From Eledone cirrhosa (taxonomy: Eukaryota), in the NCBI GenBank assembly GCA_964016885.1, contig OZ024742.1, positions 234,298,001-234,362,000 of the forward strand: a stretch of 64,000 bases of DNA, given 5' to 3'. Below are positions 56,040 to 64,000 of the stretch, piece by piece (within the stretch, counting starts at the first letter, position 1; each line of letters starts with the position of its first letter). The notes beneath the pieces were generated by a model. That model made no database searches, was not told the origin of the DNA, and saw nothing but the letters and a program-made list of their open reading frames with translations. Made by a program: the position numbers and the translations under genes.

Positions 56040-56306
56040 CAAAGTTTGTTTTATAAATAAAGACATACCCATGAAAATCATACCTTATCGGTCGGAAATT
56101 CACTGGATAGTCTAGTAATCTGTTGAGTGCTCCAAATCAGTTACTCCAGTAACTTGTTGAGTGCTAATCAGTTATAAACATTTATGTTTGTCGGAATTCC
56201 AACAAATTAAATACAACTTCTACGTATATATATATATGTAGGGGGTGATCTTATATATTATATATATATATGAAAAGTGTAATTTACTACACAAAACGAA
56301 GGTTAT

Positions 56307-56830
56307 AGAGAAAATTGAGGTTGGTAATGGCACATGGAATATATAAGAGACAGAATACTTTTTTGTGAAAAAACATATAATTTTATAAGGTAAGGAAATA
56401 ATAAAGGGTATAAAAAATGACCGGTTTCGATGGGTCTGCAAAAGCCATCTTTTCAAATGTTGATTAATATTAAGAAAAATTAATAATAAGAAGAGTTAAA
56501 ATTTGAGATTTGAAAATTCAAGTATAAAATTCATTGTGGGATTTCATAGTAGTTTTCATCTTGGTAGCAGCTCGTTGACTGCTTCTGGTAGTGAATGAGA
56601 AGTTATTTGGGGGTGTGGGTTATTTTATAAAGGTAAAATTTAGCAATGGCCAGATGGCCAGCTGCTGGTCAGTGAGGGGGTGGAAGCAATATACATACAT
56701 ATATCTTCCTGTGCTCGGTAGGAGAGGGGAGATTGATAGAAAGGGATTTAGTGCACTTACACCTATATATACACACATACCTTCATCCACACATACATAC
56801 CTTCATCCACACATACATACATATACATAT

Positions 56831-56897
<67 letters not shown>
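56307..56897 (-). repeat. Left arm of the outer inverted repeat (partner about 62600-63144); likely Penelope pseudo-LTR
   Basis: Near-identical in opposite orientation: ORF calls 56591..56920(+) and 62506..62862(-) share their N-terminal translation; contains HHR family F. Confidence 0.85.
56414..56461 (-). ncRNA. Hammerhead motif family F, inverted copy
   Basis: Near-identical reverse complement of 62992-63039. Confidence 0.55.
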
Positions 56898-56899
<2 letters not shown>

Positions 56900-56903
56900 G
56901 ATG

Positions 56904-56954
56904 CGATTCTACAGGACTAGAACTGTTTCATTCTTTAGAAATCATCAGGAATCT
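56904..56954 (-). ncRNA. Hammerhead ribozyme family B, inverted copy
   Basis: Reverse complement of 60196-60246, within inverted repeat 56898-57063 / 60087-60255. Confidence 0.78.
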
Positions 56955-57100
56955 GGGTATCAACAAATAAATATGGTATTTATAGGTCTCTACAAGTGGT
57001 AGGAGAGGGTGGGGAGTGGGATGGGTGTAGGTCATTGGTTGATAGAAAAGGGAATTCATTAAACGTTCATTATACGTTCAACAATCTGGCAGGAAGGTAT

Positions 57101-57143
57101 ACGTTGCTGACGATAGCTAACAAGCTTGAAACTAGTACAGTGT
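57101..57143 (+). ncRNA. Type I minimal hammerhead ribozyme (family C)
   Basis: acgttg CTGACGA t-agct-aaca-agct-t GAAA ctag TA | cagtgt; palindromic stem III ACTAGT; stem I with G-U wobbles. Confidence 0.75.
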
Positions 57144-57406
57144 TCCTTTGTCAGTGTTGAACAAACGAGCAACGGTGGTTGCTAGACACTACGGCTTAAT
57201 ACGGGATGTTTGTTTACAAACACACCGAGCATTATAATAAATGTTCGGTGAATCCATACGTGCATATATATATGTGTGCATGTATGTATATGTATATATA
57301 CATACTACTGTACGTCGGTATACATATATGTATGTACGTGTACATACTTATATTTAAGTAACAGCCGTACTAAGAGTGGGAAATGAAATATCGTTTCATT
57401 TTTTCC

Positions 57407-57467
<61 letters not shown>

Positions 57468-57598
57468 TATACACACACATACACACATACAAATATATAC
57501 ACACACACACATATATACACATATATATACACTCACACACATACATACATACACACAAATATACATGTGTATACATATACACACATATATATATATAT

Positions 57599-57664
<66 letters not shown>

Positions 57665-57713
57665 CATATACATATACACACATATATGCATATATATACA
57701 TATACACACACAT

Positions 57714-57760
<47 letters not shown>

Positions 57761-57842
57761 AACAAATATATACATATACATACACACACATACATACATA
57801 TATATATACACACACATATACACATATATAAGGAAAAAGCAC

Positions 57843-57920
<78 letters not shown>

Positions 57921-58102
57921 CATATATATAGAGAGATACACCATTCATACATATATTCATATATATGTATATATATATATATATGAATATATGTATGAAT
58001 GGTGTATCTCTCTCTCTCTATATATATATATATGTATATATATGAATATATGTATGAATGGTGTATCTCTCTCTATATATGTATATATATATATATATAT
58101 AT

Positions 58103-58163
<61 letters not shown>

Positions 58164-58198
58164 GAGAGTAAAACAAAGAATCCTTTAATACATCAAAA

Positions 58199-58255
58199 GT
58201 TTTTATTAGCCGACAATGTTTCGTCCTATTAAGGACTCATCAGGGCAATCAAAAC
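58199..58255 (-). ncRNA. Hammerhead ribozyme family A, inverted copy
   Basis: Reverse complement of 58995-59051, within inverted repeat 58159-58292 / 58958-59091. Confidence 0.88.
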
Positions 58256-58556
58256 AACAAGAAGTAATATCGGCAGATACAAGCCGGAAGCTTATTATTG
58301 CCTCATGTATATTGGGTAGATGTATTGGTATTATTATTATTTTCACTTTTATCATGCTTATTTTTATATTCAAACTTCTAATAAGGCTTAATTTGTGTAG
58401 TTGAACATAGATGTGCGTATTGTTGTATGTGTGTATGTGTGTGTGTGTGTGTGCACATATATACATGTATATATTGTACCTTTTGATTTTTGATTTTTGA
58501 TTGTAATTTTAATGTTGGTAAAGGTATATTATTATAATGTATTATGTTATATTACA

Positions 58557-58745
58557 GGGCGGTAGATTGGCAGTATCGGTAGAGAGTCGGACGCCATGCT
58601 TTCCAGCATAGTTACGTCCCTTTACGATCTGAGTTCAAATCCTGCCGAGGTTGACTTAGCCTTTCATCCTTACGAGGTCGATAAAATAAAGTACCAGTAA
58701 TGCACTGGGTATTTGCTGGCCTTGTGCCTAAAGTAGAAACAATTA
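58557..58745 (+). mobile_element. SINE family 1, near-consensus copy at the centre of the nested inverted repeats
   Basis: Full consensus; flanked by the direct repeat tatgttatattac on both sides (probable target-site duplication). Confidence 0.9.
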
Positions 58746-58994
58746 TGTTATATTACATTGTGTTATATATAATTCCTGCTCTATATAACCACATTTGTTT
58801 AGCTTTAGGTTAGTTGCTTTGGACTATATTTGTAATATGGTTCTTAATGTTATATACATCCTTAGTTATTCTTATTATATATTTTTATTATTTTTATCTT
58901 TATTTTTATTATATATTTTTGCAAGACTTTAGTGTATGTACACTCCATATTCTTCGGAGCTTCCGGCTTGTATCTGCCGATATTACTTCTTGTT

Positions 58995-59051
58995 GTTTTG
59001 ATTGCCCTGATGAGTCCTTAATAGGACGAAACATTGTCGGCTAATAAAAAC
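58995..59051 (+). ncRNA. Type I minimal hammerhead ribozyme (family A)
   Basis: attgcc CTGATGA gtcc-ttaata-ggac GAAA cattg TC | ggctaat; canonical core, G-C closed stem II, GUC cleavage after 59038. Confidence 0.9.
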
Positions 59052-59307
59052 TTTTGATGTATTAAAGGATTCTTTGTTTTACTCTCTTAATTTTTTGGCT
59101 CTGTTTAACTGCATTGAGCTATACCTTTTACTGTAATTTCTATAATACGAGGAGGGTGTTTAACTCCAACACGCTCCAGTATTTTAATCCTTATATATAT
59201 ATATATGTATATATGTATGTATGGTGCTTTTTCCTTATATATGTGTATATGTGTGTGTGTGTATATATATATGTATGTATGTGTGTATGTATATGTATAT
59301 ATTTGTT

Positions 59308-59352
<45 letters not shown>

Positions 59353-59404
59353 TTGTGTGTATATGTATATATATGCATATATGTGTGTATATGTATATGT
59401 ATTA

Positions 59405-59462
<58 letters not shown>

Positions 59463-59574
59463 GTGTATGTGTGTATATATGTGTATATGTATACACATGT
59501 ATATTTGTGTGTATGTATGTATGTGTGTGAGTGTATATATATGTGTATATATGTGTGTATATATTTGTATGTGT

Positions 59575-59616
<42 letters not shown>

Positions 59617-60195
59617 ATGTATATATATATATATATATAAATATATTTATATATGTGTGTGTGTTTTTTTATGTGTGTATATGTGTATGTGTATGTGTGT
59701 TTATGGTTGCGCGCGAGTGTGTGAGTGAGTGTGTTTTTTTGTGAATGTGTCTGTTGATTTTTGGCATATAGTTGATTAGTTTAAGAGAAGTTCGAAGATA
59801 ATTGTAAGATATGCACTCAGTATTTTGAACCTGTCTACAGAATTCTCTAAACCTTTGTCACTTAGTAGAACCTTAATGAATTTAGCTTTTAAAGAATCTC
59901 CCTTTCCTTTAATTCTATCTACCAGGACTGACCCCCCACTGATCTTATAGACATCTGTTAGCTTAAGAGAAACTTAATGACAAGGAATGGTATGCCATCC
60001 GGAACCTGTTTATAGAATTCTGTCTGCCTTTGTTACTCTAAAAACAAAAATTAATAAAAATAAACTATAGCTTTGTAGAATTAGCTTTTAATGAATTCCC
60101 TTTTCTATCAACCAATGACCTACACCCATCCCACTCCCCACCCTCTCCTACCACTTGTAGAGACCTATAAATACCATATTTATTTTTTGATACCC

Positions 60196-60246
60196 AGATT
60201 CCTGATGATTTCTAAAGAATGAAACAGTTCTAGTCCTGTAGAATCT
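60196..60246 (+). ncRNA. Type I hammerhead ribozyme (family B)
   Basis: agattc CTGATGA t-ttc-taaa-gaa-t GAAA cag-ttctagtc-ctg TA | gaatct; all three stems form; GUA cleavage after 60240; U/U at 10.1/11.1. Confidence 0.8.
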
Positions 60247-60328
60247 CATCTATATTAAAACTTTTATACTCTGCAATGTATTGAGTACCTTACTTACTGT
60301 GGTTACCTCCGATTCAACCCGGAATAAC

Positions 60329-60368
<40 letters not shown>

Positions 60369-60424
60369 ATACACACACACATACATATACATACACACAT
60401 ACATATATGCACATACACACACAC

Positions 60425-60457
<33 letters not shown>

Positions 60458-60762
60458 TATATATACATACACATACATCCAGATACACACATACATACAC
60501 ACACACACACATATATATATATATGTGTACATACATATATATACACACATATACATACACATATATATACACACACCCACACATACATACACACACACAT
60601 ATATATACATACACACATACAAACACACACACACACATATATACACATACACACACATATATATACACACACACACATATATATATACACATACGCATAC
60701 ATCCAGATACACACATACATACACACACACACACACACGCACACACAATACATACATCCACA

Positions 60763-60800
<38 letters not shown>

Positions 60801-61187
60801 TACATACACCCATACACAGAGAAATGGCCTCCAAATATATATATATACATACATACACATATATTGTTTCCATAATATAAGAAGTTAGGGCAGTGAAATT
60901 AAAATACAAGTCATTCTGATCACATTGAGTTCTTCATGTAGATTGGGCCCCGCAACCGACAGTGGTGAATTCTGTGTGCGCATATATATATAGATATATG
61001 TGTGTGCACGTGCAGGGTTTAACATGGATGTGTTGGTCACACAAAGGCATGGTCTGACAACGAATAAACCTGATTCTACAGAATTGGTCTCTGGTCTTTA
61101 ATAGTGGTGATAATTATATACATGCACACATACAAACACATATATCTGTCACTCCGTGCGTATGTGTGTTTATATTTTATGACAATT

Positions 61188-62543
61188 CTATTGGGGTGAT
61201 AACCCGTTTAGTTTTGGTTTAAATTTGTTAAGGAATAGATTTTCTTTGTTTATTCTTTGTTGCTGTGTGAACGAATCTGAGCACTTGTAGAAGGGGAAGA
61301 TTTTAAAGTTGGGTAGTGTCATTCCTGCGCAGTTCGCAATATGGCTGCTCAAGGGGATTTTTCTTGTGCTAGCGTCCCGGATTTGTTGGCGGTGGATGGT
61401 CATTCTTTTGCGTAATGAGGTGCCCGTCTGTCCTATGTAGTTGTGTTTGCACCCACCGCAAGTTATTGCGTAAATCAAGTTCTCCGAGTTGCAGGTGAAA
61501 TTGTTTTTTACTGTAAATGTTTGGCCATCTTTAAATGTAAATTTTTGTCCTTCAGTGAGGTAGAGGCACGTTCCACAGTTTGTTCTACCACATTTGGTAA
61601 CTGTAGGGTTGAGGATTGGTTTGGGTATATTTGGTCCAGTGAGAATGCGTTTTAGTGATTTGGGTTGTCTTTTACTTTTAAGGATCTTGTGTGTTTCAAG
61701 AATAGACTTCATTTTTACATCTTTAAGTAGGATGGGGAGGTTTTTGTGTAGGTGATCAAACATTTCGGTATTTCTGGGGTTGAAAGTGGATACATATGGC
61801 AGGGTGATGAGTGTGGTTTTCTGTTTTGGATTGTTAAGTTGATGGGGATTTAGGTGTTTTGCCCTGTCTATTCCATTGTTGATTATTTCAAGTGGAAAGG
61901 CTCTTAAGATAAGGGTGTCTTTTAGTTCCTTTACTCTTTGCTCCCGTTTAGGTGGATCTGATACTATGGTACATATACGTTTGGCCAAATTATAAGGAAT
62001 GTTAAGTTTTGTATGTTTTGGGTGACTTGATGTGAAAAAGAGGTATTGCTTGGAATCTGTGGGTTTATAGAATATATCTGTATCTAATTTCCCGTCTATT
62101 ACAGAGATGAGAATATCCAAGAAGGCTAATTCCTTGGGATTGGATTCCATTGTGAATTGTATGTTATTATCTATGTTGTTTATCATGTTTTTAAACATAG
62201 TAAGTGAGTTCATGTCTTCTTGCCATAGGATAAAGCAGTCGTCTAGATATCTTTTCCAATTGGCTTTGAGGTGTGTGTGGAAAGAGTCTCCAAATAAGAG
62301 AAGGGACTGACTGTATATTTGTTGTTCATGGAATCCCATGACTAGGTTGGCATATGTGGGTGCTACTTTCGTGCCCATTGCCGTACCTGATACTTGTCTG
62401 TATGTTGAACCATTGAATGTGAAGTAGTTATTTTGTAGGATAAAGCGGAGTCCGTCAGTGATAAAATCTTTGTTGATGCGTGTCGGTATTTCTGATGGGT
62501 GTGTGTTAAGCCAGTATTGGACTGCTGTTATTCCATAGTTGTG
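61188..62543 (-). mobile_element. Penelope-like retroelement ORF (RT + GIY-YIG endonuclease), 5'-truncated, probably Neptune-type
   Basis: About 450 stop-free codons with GTAMGTKVAPTYANLVMG, WKRYLDDCF, LAFLDILI, Cys linker KCGRTNCGTC and NLIYAITCGGCKHNYIGQT (GIY-YIG). The N-terminal part of the 510-aa ORF call is microsatellite read-through; RT motif A is missing. Confidence 0.93.
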
Positions 62544-62599
62544 TATGTGCATATATGTGTGTGTGTATGTATATGTATGTGTGTGTGTGTATGTATGTG

Positions 62600-62601
62600 T
62601 G

Positions 62602-62644
<43 letters not shown>

Positions 62645-63139
62645 ATGTATATGTATGTATGTGTGGATGAAGGTATGTGTGTATATATAGGTGTAAGTGC
62701 ACTAAATCCCTTTCTATCAATCTCCCCTCTCCTACCGAGCACAGGAAGATATATGTATGTATATTGCTTCCACCCCCTCACTGACCAGCAGCTGGCCATC
62801 TGGCCATTGCTAAATTTGACCTTTATAAAATAACCCACACCCCCAAATAACTTCTCATTCACTACCAGAAGCAGTCAACGAGCTGCTACCAAGATGAAAA
62901 CTACTATGAAATCCCACAATGAATTTTATACTTGAATTTTCAAATCTCAAATTTTAACTTTTCTTATTATTAATTTTTCTTAATATTAATCAACATTTGA
63001 AAAGATGGTTTTTGCAGACCCATCGAAACCGGTCATTTTTTATACCCTTTATTATTTCCTTACCTTATAAAATTATGTTTTTTCACAAAAAAGTATTCTG
63101 TCTCTTATATATTCCATGTGCCATTACCAACCTCAATTT

Positions 63140-63144
<5 letters not shown>
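62600..63144 (+). repeat. Right arm of the outer inverted repeat
   Basis: Reverse complement of about 56307-56897. Confidence 0.85.
62992..63039 (+). ncRNA. Hammerhead ribozyme motif with U3-A8 core (family F)
   Basis: aacat TTGAAAA gatgg...ccatc GAAA ccgg TC | atttt; palindromic stem III ACCGGT, GUC site, weak stem I. Confidence 0.55.
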
Positions 63145-63173
<29 letters not shown>

Positions 63174-63474
63174 CGGCTACAGTGAAGACGTTTCTTTTTT
63201 CTCTCATTAAACTCGCCAGATCTTATGTCGAAATGAGTTGTTGACTTGATATTTTTCCTATTTTTCCTCTCTTTACGTTGCTTCACCCTTCGTGTCTGTT
63301 TACCCCCCCCCCCCCTTTTATCCCAATAACATATTTTAGTTATTGTTCGCCCTAGGCTGAGGTATCTTGTCTCTAACGGGAGGAAATACCTATGATTCCT
63401 AGCAGACAACTGACGATGGATATTACCTTCTTTCGCCCGTAACTTTTATTTTTCATTATATATATATATATATA

Positions 63475-64000
63475 CTAGCAGAGGTACCCGGCGTTGCTCG
63501 GGTATTAAATAGCAGTTGTGTATACCATTTATGTCAATACTTCAGTGCTACTTCGAAAACTATACTTTTACAAAATCATCGGCTTTTTCCAAAAGAGGGT
63601 TCCTGCCCCCCAGGGGTCCCCTACTCAATATGTGCCAATTCTGAGAGTTCATATTCATCTGTAGGACAAACGTAGCCCATGTGTCAAGTTTTGTGAAAAT
63701 CGGTTGCGAACTCCAGAAGTTATGACGTTTTGTTGCATTGCACTGCAGTTCTTCAGTCGACTCCAAGGAAGTGGTTAAAGGGGGTTATCTGCCGGGAGGC
63801 CCTATAATCAATATCTGGAAAAATAAAAGTGCCCATGACCATCCGGAGTACATAAGTAACCTATGTCTTAAGTTTGGTGAAAATACTGTAGAAATGCATA
63901 AGGTTTATACACACGCGTGCTCGTGTGTGTGTGTGTTTGTGTTTGTGTGTGGGGGTATGTATGTATTTGTGTGTGCGTATGTATGTGTATGTCCGTCGGG
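63475..64000 (-). mobile_element. Second copy of the same Helitron, running off the window
   Basis: Reverse complement of 3625-4143; ORF calls 3853..4050 and 63560..63766 are nearly identical; CTAG|T end abuts (TA)n. Confidence 0.8.

Larger units (their letters stand above)
57410..60860. repeat. Compound TA/CA/TG microsatellite fields (57410-58160, 59190-59740, 60330-60860)
   Basis: Directly visible; source of the YI/HT/CV-rich spurious ORFs. Confidence 0.95.

Noticed and set aside
57305-60909. Long ORFs rich in YI, HT or CV dipeptides
   Set aside because: Translations of TA/CA microsatellites
62544-62720. N-terminal 60 aa of the 510-aa Penelope ORF call
   Set aside because: Read-through from microsatellite and the neighbouring inverted-repeat arm; no RT homology

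Overview
AT-rich, repeat-dense animal genomic DNA. The SINE families and TA/CA microsatellite load look like octopus (coleoid cephalopod); this is an inference. Host genes on +: the last four coding exons of a Prp38/PRPF38A-like splicing factor (709-10021; RS/RD-rich tail, a 25-nt microexon, C-terminal HIND-like motif) and a probable first coding exon of a CDC14 phosphatase (26110-26158). No second CDC14 exon was found, so the rest of the window may be one long intron. The remainder is SINEs, RTE LINE fragments, MITEs, non-autonomous Helitrons (one enclosing an RLE-endonuclease retroelement fragment), a tRNA-Glu(TTC) and a 7.4-kb ~60-bp satellite with kb-scale higher-order duplications. The most striking region is 55.5-63.2 kb: a nested stack of (TA)n-bounded inverted-repeat modules carrying ten hammerhead-ribozyme motifs of five families on both strands, including non-canonical cores (U3-A8; U10.1/U11.1). 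It lies around an uninterrupted but 5'-truncated Penelope-like RT/GIY-YIG ORF. All folds and alignments were done by eye.
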